Assembly (NCBI GenBank): GCA_964016885.1
Contig: OZ024744.1
Coordinates: 116,870,001 to 116,934,000, forward strand
DNA length: 64,000 nucleotides
Reading direction: 5' to 3'
Origin: Eledone cirrhosa
Taxonomy: Eukaryota
Shown here: positions 1 through 12,332 of the stretch, one piece after another
Layout of the letters: every line of letters begins with the position of its first letter
Numbering within the stretch: position 1 is the first letter of the stretch
The notes under the pieces: model-generated
What the model was told of the DNA's origin: nothing
Database searches by the model: none
Seen by the model: the letters and a program-made list of their open reading frames with translations, nothing else
Made by a program: the position numbers and the translations under genes

Positions 1-611
1 TGGTCTTGGCAGAAGTTTTTCTCGTTGGAGAAAAACCACAGCATGTCTGGCTCCAGTGGGTGTTTCAACTTGTTGATCAGCTTTGCGTGCTTCAGTCGCT
101 TTTCTTGCATCACCTTTGACAGAAATTGTCCTTTCCTCATCTTGTATGAAACGTAGCAAATGTCTTCATTTACCACCAGCCTAATGAGCTTTTCATCCGC
201 GCCTTTCTCCCTTGCAATGGCACGCATCGACTTGCTAGGTTCATTGTTGATGATATCCTGAACTTCAGCGACGAACTCGGGCGTTCTTGAGGCGTCAGAT
301 CGTCGATCATGTGTTTTCCTCTCTGATGTTGCTTCGTAGTCGAATCCTGAATCTTCCAATTCCTTTCTGACTTTTTGACGCTGAGAAAGTGTGAAATTTC
401 CTTATTTGTCCTCCCGGTGCAGATTCCAAGAAGAACTCCGTGTCTCTTCCACAAATTTGGAGGTTCAAAATTATTCATAATCAATTATTCTGAAAATAAA
501 TAATGGAAATATAGTCACTGTTTTTATGAAGACAAGAGTGACCATGGAAGTAAAAAAAATTTGCATAAAATTAGCAGTTGACAATTGCGAACAAATATCG
601 TCCACACCCTG
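1..611 (-). mobile_element. Tc1/mariner (DD37D/maT) transposon, 5' half, defective; runs off the window start
   Basis: Close match to the 5' half of the 56931-58230 copy. TIR ...TTGCGAACAAATATCGTCCACACCCTG followed by TA. Frameshifted transposase N-terminus MIMNNFEP... Confidence 0.9.
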
Positions 612-984
612 TATATGTATATATATATATATATAGCAATGAAATACCCCACTGGGGAGGGGGGGAGCGTACTACCCAGAGGTGACTCAGGAAACCCTCC
701 CCCCCCGCCAATCTTAAATCAGCCTGCTCTCCAAGAGTTCCCCAGGAGGGCGTCCCTCTCTTCTTCTCTCCTCTCCCCTCTCAAAAATAACAACAATAAC
801 AACAATAACAGTAATAAAAAAAATCCTTTATTTGCCAGAAGGATGAGTGGGGAAGGGGAGGGGGAGGGGGATATTATAAAAAACAGAATTGAGAAAAATA
901 AAACAATGACAAACAAACAAAAACATGGAAAACAATAACAAAATACATTAGGGGGTGGGGTGGGGCAGTAATAATGGTGTCTGC

Positions 985-1700
985 TATAGGCCAGCAATTT
1001 AGGGTACATTATGGATACTTTATTTTATCAACCCTGTAAGGATAAAAAGTTAAGTCAACCTTGGCGAGATTTGAACTCAGAAAAGGAAGGCAAAGGGACG
1101 TAACTCTATGTCGCAAAGCATGTTATCCGACACTCTACTGATACTGTCGATCTACCACCCTTTTAAGGTCATAAGGCCCATAATAATTTTTTCTGATTTA
1201 GGCACAAGGCCAACACCTTTCGGGGGCAGGGGAAAGTTGATTAAATCAACCCCAGTGCATTACTGGTACTTTATTTTATCGACCCCCGTAAGGATGAAAG
1301 GCAAAGTTAACCTCGGCGGGATTTGAACTCAGAATGTAAAGGGACGTAACTATATGCCGCAAACCATTGCGTCCGACGCTCTACCGATACTGCCAATTCA
1401 CCAGCCTTGGTAGAAGGTTAGCAAATTTAAGAGGGAGAATGTCGATTACATCGATAAAGATACTTTATTTTTATCGATCCTGGAAGGATGAAAGACAGAG
1501 TTGTTTACTACGACATAGTAATTGTATTTTAAAATTATTATTATGCCAGTCTGAGTTCAAATCCCGCCGAGGTTAACTTTGCCTTTCATCCTTACGGGGT
1601 CGATAAAATAAAGTACCAGTAATGCACTGGGGTCAATTCAATCGACTTTCCCCTGCCCCCCAAATTGCTGGCCTTGTGCCTATATAAGAAGCCATTATTA
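985..1700. mobile_element. Cluster of tRNA-derived SINE family A copies (three minus, one plus)
   Basis: Repeated GAGTTCAAATCCCGCCGAGGTTAACTTTGCCTTTCATCC...GTACCAG body with B-box-like GTTCAAATCC and (ATT)n tails. Confidence 0.85.
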
Positions 1701-1787
1701 TATATTTTATCTAAGGCAGTGGATTTGGCAATACTCAGTAGAGCATCGGACATCATGTTTACAGCATAGAGTTACGGCCTGTGACAC

Positions 1788-2131
1788 AACTAGGGAAAAT
1801 AGCTCCTATGGCAAGCAGGGAAATTGTGACCCTACCCAGAAGACCGAACTAGGAAAATAGCCCCTATGGCAAGCAGGGAAATTGTGACCCTACCCAGAGG
1901 ACATAACTAGGAAAATAGCCCCTATGGCAAGCAGGGAAATTGTGACCCTACCCAGAGGACATAACTAGGAAAATAGGCCCTATGGCAAGCAGGGAAATGG
2001 TGACCCTACCCAGAGGACATAACTAGGGAATATAGCTCCTATGGCAAGCAGGGAAATTGTGACCCTACCCAGAGCACCTAACTAGAAAAATAGCCCCTAT
2101 GGCAAGCAGGGAAATTATGACTCTACCCAGC
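1788..2131 (+). repeat. 58-59 bp minisatellite, 6 copies
   Basis: Unit AACTAGGAAAATAGCCCCTATGGCAAGCAGGGAAATTGTGACCCTACCCAGAGGACAT. It lies between a SINE A head (~1717-1779) and a SINE A body (~2290-2430). Confidence 0.95.
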
Positions 2132-2444
2132 ACGGTATTTTTACCTATGGGCCTAATAATTTATATAAATGGTTTAATAATCCAGCCACCATAGTGTTCT
2201 CACCCATGACAGAGACAGATGAGACATCTGAAGGAGTTTATTTCTTCACTCTCTGACATGCCCTAGTCACGCTTCTGGTTACGTACCTCCAGATCCTGCT
2301 GAGGTTAACTTTACCTTTCATCTTTACAGGGATCGATAAAATAAAATGCCAGTAATACATTGAGAGTGACTTAATCAGCATTCCCCCTCCCCTAAAATTG
2401 TTGGCCTTGTACCTAAATCAGAAACCATTATTTATTTTATCTTA

Positions 2445-2935
2445 GGGCGGTGGATTGGCAGTATCGGTAGAGGGTCGGACGCCATGCTTTCCAGCATAGA
2501 GTTACGTCCCTTTACGGTCTGAGTTCAAATCCCGCCGAGGTTAACTTTGCCTTTCATCCTTACGGGGTCGATAAAATAAAGTACCAGTAATGTACTGGGT
2601 AATTGCTGGCCTTGTGCCTAAAGTAGAAACAATTATTTATTTTATCTTTTATCAGGTGGTGGATTGGCAGTATCGGTAGAGGATCGGCCGCCATGCTTTG
2701 CAGCAAAGTGTTACGTCCCTTTATGGTCTGAGTTCAAATCCCGCCGAGGTTAACTTTGCCTTTCATCCTTATGGGGTCGATAAAATAAAGAACCAGTAAT
2801 ACACTGGAATAATTGCTGGCCTTGTGCCAAAAGTAGAAGCAATTATTATTATTATTATTAAAAATAAAGTACCAGTAATGTACTGGATAATTGCTGGCCT
2901 TGTGCCAAAAGTAGAAACAATTATTTATTTTATCT
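2445..2935 (+). mobile_element. Tandem SINE family A copies (2445-2640, 2655-2855, partial 2860-2935)
   Basis: A-box-like TGGCAGTATCGG, B-box-like GAGTTCAAATCC, conserved body and tail. Confidence 0.9.
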
Positions 2936-2984
2936 GACACAAGGATATGAACGGGGACAGCATTATATGAAAAAATTACATAAA

Positions 2985-3021
<37 letters not shown>

Positions 3022-3094
3022 GCAAGTCAGGCCAATCAGTCACTGTATATTTTAGAAAATAGCATATATTTTCACTAGCTCTGACAGTTGGCAG

Positions 3095-3160
3095 GTGAAC
3101 AGCGAGCTGTACTGATGAGGGGTGATACCCAGAAACATTAGTGTCTGCAGTTCTGTTCAC
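3095..3160 (+). ncRNA. Type I hammerhead ribozyme with long extended stem I
   Basis: GCTGTA-CTGATGA-G.GGGT(GAT)ACCC.A-GAAACA(TTAG)TGTC-TGCAGT. Outer helices GTGAACAG/CTGTTCAC, GTTGGC/GCCAAC and GCTCT/AGAGC. GUC site. Confidence 0.8.
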
Positions 3161-3274
3161 AAGCCAACACAAGAGCAAGAATGAGGGGCTCATTCTACTG
3201 ACATGGCTATAAAAATGAGGCTTGTTTGCATAATTGCAAACAAATCGAATGTTATTATTAATATTCAAAATGCT

Positions 3275-3425
3275 TTGAAGCATAGAGTTACTTCCCTGTA
3301 TGATCTGAGTTCAAATCCTGCCGAGGTTAACTTTGCCTTTCATCCTTCCGGGGTCAATAGAATAAAGTACCAGTAATGCATTGGTAATTGCTAGCCTTGT
3401 GCCAAAAGTAGAAACAATTATTAAT
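3275..3425 (+). mobile_element. SINE family A, 5'-truncated
   Basis: Same body and tail as the other family A copies. Confidence 0.85.
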
Positions 3426-3479
3426 ATTAAAAAAACTCAGATTACATTTATATATATATATATATATTATATATATATC

Positions 3480-3643
3480 CACACTGTAAATGTGGTTGGT
3501 GTTAGGAAGGGCATCCAGCCGTAGAAAACCCGCCAGACAGTCCTATGCGAGTAAGACAACCACTCTTGCCTCAAGTGGGAAAACTCCCATCCAAACCCAT
3601 GCAAGCATGGAATATGGACGTTAAACGATGATGATGATGATGA
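3480..3643 (+). mobile_element. RTE-tailed short repeat (SINE 3' part)
   Basis: GGTGTTAGGAAGGGCATCCAG...AACCCATGCAAGCATGG...GGACGTTAAACGATGATG tail. Confidence 0.75.
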
Positions 3644-3654
3644 TATATATATAT

Positions 3655-3836
3655 ATTTAATATAGAAAAGGCTTCTACAGGACTAGAACTGTTTCATTCA
3701 GGAGAAATCATCAGGAAGCCCTGATGATTTCTCCCGAATGAAACAGTTCTAGTCCTGTAGAAGCTTTTTCTATATTAAATATTTATACTCTGCTATGTAT
3801 TGAGTACCTTACTGTGATTGAACCCGGGATAAACTT
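3655..3836. mobile_element. Small palindromic hammerhead-bearing element in (TA)n
   Basis: About 62-bp inverted arms around 3717. The plus arm has an extra ~55-nt tail. Confidence 0.75.
3670..3720 (-). ncRNA. Type I hammerhead ribozyme
   Basis: Minus strand GGCTTC-CTGATGA-T.TTC(TCCT)GAA.T-GAAACAG(TTCTAGTC)CTGTA-GAAGCC. GUA site. Confidence 0.75.
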
Positions 3837-3872
3837 ATATATATATATATATTTATATATGTATATATATAT

Positions 3873-4172
3873 CATCATCATCATCATCATTTTACATCCG
3901 CTTTTCCCTGCTTGCAAGCAGGGGTGGGATGGGTCCTATTCAGCATAGCATCTCTCCATTTGTCACGGTCCTTCGTCATCTCCTCAGTGAGTTTCAGCGA
4001 TCTGAGGTCAGCTCTCACCACCTCTGCCCATGTTTTTCATGGTCTACCTCTACTGCGTCTTTCTTCTATTGGGATTTCTTGGCACTTCTTTACCCAGTGG
4101 TCATCCTCCATGCGCATCACATGTCCATACCATCTCAGCCTTCTCTCCTGCACACCAAAACTTATCCCTCTT
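3873..4172 (-). mobile_element. RTE LINE 3' fragment
   Basis: Matches the 3' end of the 53.6-56.9 kb RTE (GVQERRLRWYGHVMRMEDDHWVKKCQ) with (GAT)n tail. Confidence 0.9.
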
Positions 4173-5139
4173 ATTATTATTCCTGAGAAGGTCGTGGGGG
4201 CAGAGTCCTCAAACACTCCTTCCAGCAGGTCCTGTCAGAAGCAACTGTCACCAATTGATCCGGCTGGATCCCCAAGTGTGATCAGCCAAGCTCATGGATG
4301 TTATCCAACCATTTTGCTCGGGGTCTACCTCTGGGTCTCCTACATGTTGGTTTTTGCATATAAATACTCTCGGATCCCCCCAAAGCAAGAGGTGGGGTGG
4401 AGGTTGGAATAAGCAGGGGTGGGTGGAAAATCAGTAATATTTTCTAGGTTGTCTCTGTTGATTTTTTTAAAAACCATAATTAGTCATTTAGTTTACATAT
4501 TGAGACCCCAACCCATCATATATATTTTATAACATGGGATTTCTAGTAATGTATTTGTAATGTATAATCTTTTCTAATGTCTAAAGAAAATTGTCAGAGG
4601 AATGGTACCACTTAAAATAATATTTAGCAGGAGATAGATTAGCAACATTTAATAGGTTAGTGGGTGGGGGTGAAATAGGAGCTGAAGGGGGTGGGTTGGA
4701 AAAAATCTGAAAAATTAATAAACAAAGGGTGCGGGTGATTATTTGAGAGAGTATTCGGTTGATTAGGAAATGTATAAAAAATAACCCCTAAAAAAAGACT
4801 GGTATGGAAAAAGTATATAAAAGGTAATATATGTGTATGTATATAATTTTAATTTTAATTTTTTAATTCTTTAATTCTTACATTATATTTTTAAACGTAG
4901 ATTAATAACCATTAACTGACATTTGAAAAGTGTATCCCATTCAAGACGATTTTCAAACATTCACACTTCTTTCGACTAAATAATTAATTAATCTCACACT
5001 AACTCTTAAAAATTATCGATTAACAAATAAAATTGGAGTTATCTTTCCTTTCTCAATCATATAAACTTATTATATTATTATATACGTAACTCCGTTAAAT
5101 TAAAACATTCTCAATGCCAAACAAGATATTCAAATATAT

Positions 5140-5850
5140 AAATTCATAATTTTAACTACCTAATTATTTACATAAAATACAAAATCAACACCCTTGTAAC
5201 TCATATTATAAACAACCACCAAAAACTTGAATTACCTATTTATTTATTTATTTATCTACATAAAACACAAAATCAACTTCCCTCATAGCTCATATTATAA
5301 ACATCTAATAATTGCAAATTATCTATATCTCTTTAATAATAATACATATGCTATTATTAAAATATATATAGATATTTATATATTTAACCCACTACAATAT
5401 TGTAATAAGATAAATATTTACAAAGATAATTCTCCATATAAGTATATACATAATATAGGTAAATATTCAAATTTTTTCCCCAAAATTAACGTATATAAGT
5501 GGTCTTCTTCTTTTTCTTTTTCCTTTTTCTTTTTCTTTCTTTCTCTCTTACTAATGCAAACATATATCTAAATTTTCCATAGCATTTAAAATAACGGTTT
5601 TCCAATCATATACCTCAACCTCATTTACATATTCATTTACATATTCATTTGCATACTCCGTTCTTTAAATTCACTATCCAAGGAAAATTCAACTGATAAG
5701 GTATGTTCCTTGGCTATGTCAAAATTTATAAAACACACTTTGTATTTTATCTGATGAAAGCGTGCCAAAGTTTTGGTACCCTTGAAATATATATAATAGA
5801 ATAAATATGGTTTTATAAATATAGTTTCCATTTATTTAATATCATTAAAA
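5140..5850 (+). pseudogene. Possible highly decayed Penelope-like endonuclease C-terminus plus 3' UTR
   Basis: Weak resemblance (IIYI...TTKNLNY...KHKINFP...KHL...FPKIN), followed by a hammerhead and AATAAA. Confidence 0.35.
5743..5803 (+). ncRNA. Type I hammerhead ribozyme
   Basis: TATTTTAT-CTGATGA-AAG.GTGCC(AAAGTTTT)GGTAC.CTT-GAAA(TATATA)TA-ATAGAATA. AUA site, palindromic stem III. Confidence 0.7.
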
Positions 5851-5896
5851 GGTAATATACATATATATATATATATCATCATCATCATCATATATA

Positions 5897-5973
5897 TAAC
5901 GAAGGAATTGTGGTAAGAGTCCAGAAATAGCCGTCGAAACGGCTTGAGCTCTGCTGTCGGGGTCATACTTGTT

Positions 5974-5976
<3 letters not shown>
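5897..5976. mobile_element. Miniature rearranged copy of the 50.4-52.2 kb element
   Basis: Inverted extreme 3' tail (AACGAAGGAATTGTGGTAAG) fused to the 3' half of its hammerhead (GAAACGGCTTGAGCTC..GTCGGGGTC). Flanked by (TA)n. Confidence 0.75.
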
Positions 5977-6070
<94 letters not shown>

Positions 6071-6072
6071 CA

Positions 6073-6123
<51 letters not shown>

Positions 6124-6135
6124 CACTGTATATAT

Positions 6136-6170
<35 letters not shown>

Positions 6171-6173
<3 letters not shown>

Positions 6174-7441
6174 CGTTTCTGAATTTGTTTAGCAAGATTC
6201 TTTATCTGAAAACGTGTGTTGAAACCGATATTGTTATACTTTGGGAGGGTCATGTTGCCAATAAGAAACACACGAACCAGCTGCTTTCACTTCAATTTAT
6301 TATATATTAAATTTATAAATTTAGGAATTTATAAATTTCTGGTTGGTTGGTTGGTTCCACAACTGGACAGTTGTTCGTATATTGTCAAAGTTCTTTCGTC
6401 ACACATTCTGTGACCTCTTCAGTGACTGGGGATTCTTTTCTTTGTTTTGTGCCTCTTCTTTCTTCTATCCTACGCCATCTTGTTTTTGTGTGTGTTTTGT
6501 GCTTAGTTTGCGCATGTGTTACATCCGGATGTCTGTGTGTGTTTTTATTTGTTTATTTACATGTTACTGGTTAGTTGTTTGTTCTATGTGTGTGTGTTTT
6601 CATTTTGTCCTTAATTCTAAGTTGTGATGTTGCTATTCCATTCATGTTTTCTATTTAATTTTGGTTGGAGTTCATTTATGTTTATTGCCTCTGTGATTTG
6701 TCTAAACATTGCATCTTTTCTGTTATAGATTCTATTTTTATTTCTATGTTCTCTAATTTGCCTTTATGTTCTATTTAAGCATGTTGGTGGAGTATTGATG
6801 ATTCTTTTTTATCTTGAAGTTCTCGCCAGTGTTCATTTAACCGATCTCCTATGCTATGAGCTGTCTCACCTATGTACACTATATTCTTATCTTTACATTG
6901 CCCTTCAGTACATCTTATGCTATATACTACATTTCTAGTTTTACAGTTAATATGGGGGCTTAGTTTACAGATTATGCATTTCTTATCTATACAGGGAGGT
7001 CTTTCAAAAGGGTATGTGTTACTAATAAGTGTTTTTATGGAGGTACCTGGTCTTTCTACTATCTTAATATTAAGTTTAAGTTTATCTAGGGCCCTTCTAA
7101 ATTTGTAAGCTAATTCACCTCTAGGGGTTGTATTGATGAACATTACACTCTGGTATTTATTGCTATCATACCATGAGTTTATTCTATTAACCTTATTCCT
7201 AGTTCTTTCTATTCTATTCCAAAATGTGCTCCTATACAAGGGGCAGGTCCCATTTGTATCATTATTTACCATTTTTTCCCATTCGGTTCTGGCTCCTCTA
7301 TATACTCTGATTTTATCTCTCTGATTGTAACCAGAGAACTGCATACGGTGGATGAAGTGATGTATGTATCTCTCTAGTTCTTTGGGTTGCACATGCGGGA
7401 CACGTTTCTCATCACCCGTACCAAATCCGCAATCAGTATGT
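6171..7441 (-). mobile_element. Penelope-like element, inverted 3' arm (RT C-terminus, Cys-rich linker, GIY-YIG endonuclease, 3' UTR)
   Basis: ORF 6775-7392 contains CIDKKCIIC..NCKTRNVVYSIRC..VYIGETAHSIGDRLNEH. Reverse complement of ~8750-9730. Confidence 0.92.
6384..6426 (-). ncRNA. Minimal hammerhead in the Penelope 3' UTR (inverted arm)
   Basis: Reverse complement of 9551-9593. Confidence 0.75.
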
Positions 7442-9728
7442 GATCTGAAACAGCTGAGTTTCGGTGGATCAGATAGTTGGAAGTCATTCCAACAGACAAG
7501 TCTGGCAGAATGTCGGTTGACAGTCTGTCAAACTACATCCAGGCAATGCAACCCCACATCACTAACACAAGAGAAGTAACACCACAAGAGCATGAGGATA
7601 GAGAGAAAACCCTCAATGCCCATATGATGATGTGGACAAACATAATGCAGCCCAATAAAAGGATTGCGAACAACTTCCAGGCCTGGAACAATGACGTGCC
7701 AGCATTGTATGGGCTTCGAAAAGACCATAAAACGAACAGTGACCCAGTCACAGGACCACCAACAAGGCCAGTCTGTGGAGCTAACATTGCTAGTAACTAC
7801 AGACTGTCCTACTTCCTATCCCTGATCATACGCCCCATCATTGAAATGTCCCCAGATGTATGTGACAGCACAGAGGACCTCCTCAGCAGAATCAGCGAAA
7901 ATAACCGATCTAGGGACCTAACAGACTGTATAATAGGTAGTATGGATGTTGTGTCCCTGTATCCATCCATTGACGTGGACTTTGCTGTGGAGAAGTGCGT
8001 AGAAATGATCAGTGAGAGCAATGTTGAATTCCGTGAGCTGGGACTCCTACTTAAACTTATCTATAGTAATGATTATCTAGATACGTATGACCTTAGCAAT
8101 CTGTGCCCTACAAGACCAGCAAGAGGCAGACCACTTACCATCACCTCAATGGCCAAGAAAACCCACACAGAAAGATGGAACGGGTGGACCAGAGCCATAT
8201 GGACCCCCAAAAACCACGATGAACTAAAGAAAATGATTGCACATGCTGTGGGGAGCAGTATAAAACTAACCCTTAAGGAACATATGTTCAAATTTAATGG
8301 GAAAACATATGCCCAAGAGGAGGGAGCAGCCATTGGTGTTAGCATTGCAGGTGACATAGCTAACCTATTCATGGTATGGTGGGACAATAAACTTAAACTT
8401 AAAGAACAATTAGAAGACAGCAGCCTCTTAACCCTGATAATGTACTCTCGCTACGTTGATGATATAAACATCGTAGTAAAACACCCCCACTAGAGAACAG
8501 TCAGGAATTAGAGAAAAACACCATGGAAAGCATCCAGCAAATAGCTAACTCCATCCACCAGAGTATTAGAGTTACTATAGACTACCCAAGCAAACACTCC
8601 AACCACCGATTACCTGTACTAGATACAGAGCTCTGGTTAGAAACCATTAATAACAAAAAACAAATCCTCCATTCCCATTATGCCAAACCCATGACTTCCA
8701 AATATCTGATCCTCCGAAACTCGGCCGTTTCGGATCACACCAAAATCAACATACTGATTGCTGATTTGGTACGGGTGATGAGAAACGTGTCCCGCATGTG
8801 CAACCCCAAAGAACTAGAGAGACACATACAACACTTCATCCACCGTATGCAGTTCTCTGGTTACAATCAGAGAGATAGAATCAGAGTATATAGAGGAGCC
8901 AGAACCAAATGGGAAAAAATGGTAAATAATGATACAAATGGGACCTTCCCCTTGTATAGGAGCACATTTTGGAATGGAATAGAAAGAACTAGGAATAAGG
9001 TTAATCTGTAAACTAAGACCCCATATTAACTGTAAAACTAGAAATGTAGTATATAGCATAAGATATACTGAGGGACAATGTAAAGATAAGAATATAGTGT
9101 ACATAGGTGAGACAGCTCATAGTATAGGAGAACGGTTAAATGAACACTGGCGAGACCTTCAAGATAAAAAAGATTCATCAGTACTCCACCAACATGCTAA
9201 AATAGAAGATAAGGGCAAATTAGAGAACATAGAAATAAAAATAGAATCTACACACAGAAAAGACCCAATGTTTAGACAAATCACAGAGACAATAAACATA
9301 AATGAACTCCAACCAAAATTAAATAGAAAACATGAATGGAATAGCAACATCGCAACTTACAATTAAGGACAAAATGAAAACACACACACATAGAACAAAC
9401 AACCAACCAGTAACATGTAAATAAACAAATAAAATCACACACAGACACCCGGATGTAACACATGCGCAAACTAAGCACACAACACACACATAAACAAGAT
9501 GGCGTAGGACAGAACAAAAGAGAGGCACAAAACAAAGAAAAGAATCCCCAGTCACTGAAGAGGTCACAGAATGTGTGACGAAAGAACTTTGACAATATAT
9601 GAACAACCGTCCAGTTGTGGAACCAACCAACCGGAAATTTATAAATTCCTAAATTTATAATAAATTGGAGTGAAAGCAACTGGTGCGTGTGTTTCTTATT
9701 GGCAACATGACCCTCCCAAAGTATAACA

Positions 9729-9730
<2 letters not shown>
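7442..9730 (+). mobile_element. Penelope-like retroelement, 5'-truncated and disrupted (RT + GIY-YIG)
   Basis: RT motifs YGLRKDHK, RPVCG, SMDVVSLYPSI, QEEGAAIG...IANLFM, RYVDD (ORF 7477-8493). Thumb region 8523-9011. YIGET..RLNEH..QPKLN in 9097-9366. Confidence 0.95.
9551..9593 (+). ncRNA. Minimal hammerhead in the Penelope 3' UTR
   Basis: GTCA-CTGAAGA-G-GTCACA(GAATG)TGTGAC-GAAAG(AA)CTT-TGAC. CUU site. Confidence 0.75.
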
Positions 9731-9780
<50 letters not shown>

Positions 9781-9829
9781 TGTGTATATATATATATATA
9801 TATACATACACTCTATATATTTATATTTA

Positions 9830-10424
9830 TGTAGCGAAGTCTGTCCGCGCCTTGAACCTTGGGTGACACCTAAAGGTCAAATTCTAGGTCCCCACCCTTT
9901 TGGTGTGAACAGGTTATTGCATGGGCTATCCCCTCAAGGTGGGAGACAGGAAGCGACAGGTATATAAAGCCTGTATCATCCCACTTCGGAGCACTACGAT
10001 ACACAACAAGCTATGTAAAGATTCACTGCTAGCTTCAGGCCCCAGGGGTCTACAGAAATACAGAGCGATCGGAGCCCTACTAATACAGACCCGCTATGTG
10101 AAAGATTCACCGCTATGTACAAGCCACAGTGGTCTACAATCAATTACAGACCATTACTATCTCTCTCACTCACAACGAGAACTACTATGACGACTGCAAC
10201 AAACTTTAACCACCAACAAATTCTATCAGCTCGCTCGCTGTAATCACATCAACCACAAAATAACATTGTCAACCTTCTCAACTCTTGATAACTGCTTTAT
10301 TGTACTTTTTGATTGAAGTGAAGTAAACCACTATATATATAAACTAAATCATTTATTCTTGTTATTTCAACTAAACAATCATGTTAAACCATCTAACTAT
10401 TTCTTACTAATACTCTTCGTTAAA
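9830..10424 (+). mobile_element. Probable solo LTR (~595 bp)
   Basis: Starts TGTAGCGAAG and ends CTTCGTTAAA (near-inverted termini, CA end mutated). Internal GGTATATAAAG TATA-like box. Non-coding. Confidence 0.55.
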
Positions 10425-10432
10425 TATATACA

Positions 10433-10710
<278 letters not shown>

Positions 10711-10752
10711 ATATATATATATACATACACTGTATATATATATACACATACA

Positions 10753-10788
<36 letters not shown>

Positions 10789-11052
10789 GGAAAAAATGAA
10801 ACGAAATTTCATTCCCCACTCTTAGTACGGCTGTTACTTAAATATAAGTATGTACACTTACATACACATATGTATACAGACGTACAGTAGTATGTATATA
10901 TACATATACATACATGCACACATATATATATGTACGTATGGATTCACCGAACATTTATTATAATGCTCGGTGTGTTTGTAAACAAACATCCCGTATTAAG
11001 CCGTAGTGTCTAGCAACCATCGCTGCTCGTTTGTTCAACACTGACAAAGGAA

Positions 11053-11093
11053 CGCTGTACTAGTTTCAAGCATATTAGCTATCTTCAGCAACG
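11053..11093 (-). ncRNA. Type I hammerhead (421-nt unit, minus copy)
   Basis: CGTTG-CTGAAGA-T.AGC(TAATAT)GCT.T-GAAA(CTAG)TA-CAGCG. Confidence 0.8.
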
Positions 11094-11419
11094 TATACCT
11101 TCCTGCCAGATTGTTGAACGTATATACTTACCTTATGTATATTAACGGCTGAGTAGCCCAATTTGCATATCGAGTGGGTTAATCGGCCGGGTGCACCGAA
11201 AACGATAAACGGAAAAAAATGAAACGAAATTTCATTTCCCACTTATAATTAAGTAACAGCCGTACTAAGAGTGGGAAATGAAATTTCGTTTCATTTTTTT
11301 TTCGTTTATCGTTTTAGGTGCATCCGGCCGATTAACCCACTCGATATGCAAATTGGGCTACTCAGCCGTTAACATACATAAGGTAAGTATATACGTTCAA
11401 CAATCTGGCAGGAGGTATA

Positions 11420-11460
11420 CGTTGCTGACGATAGCTAATAAGCTTGAAACTAGTACAGCG
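11420..11460 (+). ncRNA. Type I hammerhead (421-nt unit, copy 1)
   Basis: CGTTG-CTGACGA-T.AGCT(AATA)AGCT.T-GAAA(CTAG)TA-CAGCG. Predicted cleavage after 11455. Confidence 0.85.
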
Positions 11461-11840
11461 TTCCTTTGTCAGTGTTAAACAACCGAGCAGCGATGGTTGC
11501 TAGACACTACGGCTTGATTACGGGATGTTTGTTTATAAACAAACGGAGCATTATAATAAATGTTGGGTGAATCCATACGTACATGTATATATGTGTGCAT
11601 GTATGTGTATATATATACACACTACTGTACGTCTGCATACATATGTGTATGTACGTGAACATACTTATATTTAAGTAACAGCCGTACTAAGAGTGGGAAA
11701 TGAAATTTCGTTTCATTTTTTCCGTTTATCGTTTTCAGTGCACCCGGCCGATTAACCCGCTCGATATGCAAATTGGGCTACTCAGCCGTTAATATGCATA
11801 AGGTAAGTATATGCGTTAAACAGTCTGGCAGGAAGGTATA

Positions 11841-11881
11841 CGTTGCTGACGATAGCTAATAAGCTTGAAACTAGTACAGCG
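11841..11881 (+). ncRNA. Type I hammerhead (421-nt unit, copy 2)
   Basis: Identical to copy 1. Predicted cleavage after 11876. Confidence 0.85.
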
Positions 11882-12078
11882 TTCCTTTGACAGTATTGAA
11901 CAAACGAGCAACGATGGTTGCTAGACACTACGGCTTAATACGGGATGTTTGTTTACAAACACACCGAGCATTACAATAAATGTTCGGTGAATCCATACGT
12001 ACATGTATATATGTGTGTGCATGTATGTATATATATATATACATACTACTGTACGTCTGTATACATATATGTATGTAC

Positions 12079-12148
<70 letters not shown>

Positions 12149-12332
12149 TAATCCCGTAACTCCCGAGGGAGTCATATGGATGCTGTAGTGATATACGGTG
12201 TTTCTAGGGCATCTTAAAATCTGGGGGAGCCCATCTCCTCTCCAGGTCTGAATATAGCAGATTTCTTCCAGCGAAGACATTTTTTCCATTCCAACCCAGC
12301 CATCCCTTCAATCTATCTTATTTCTCGTTCTT

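Larger units (their letters stand above)
10788..12086. mobile_element. ~421-bp non-coding hammerhead repeat: ~1.1 units minus (10788-11244) head-to-head with ~2 tandem units plus (11250-12086)
   Basis: Unit starts AAGTAACAGCCGTACTAAGAGTGGG at 11251 and 11673. One hammerhead per unit. Confidence 0.92.

Noticed and set aside
2190-2250. Possible minus-strand exon MSESEEINSFRCLICLCHG with a GTGAGA donor
   Set aside because: Short, has no acceptor support, and lies between the halves of a split SINE.
2963-3283. Minus-strand ORF as exon 2, phase-compatible with the 13.6 kb exon
   Set aside because: No recognisable protein or donor site. The sequence is better explained by the plus-strand hammerhead structure.
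4850-5600. Mitochondrial insertion suggested by G-poor composition
   Set aside because: No recognisable mitochondrial gene or tRNA. Part of it fits a decayed Penelope 3' end better.
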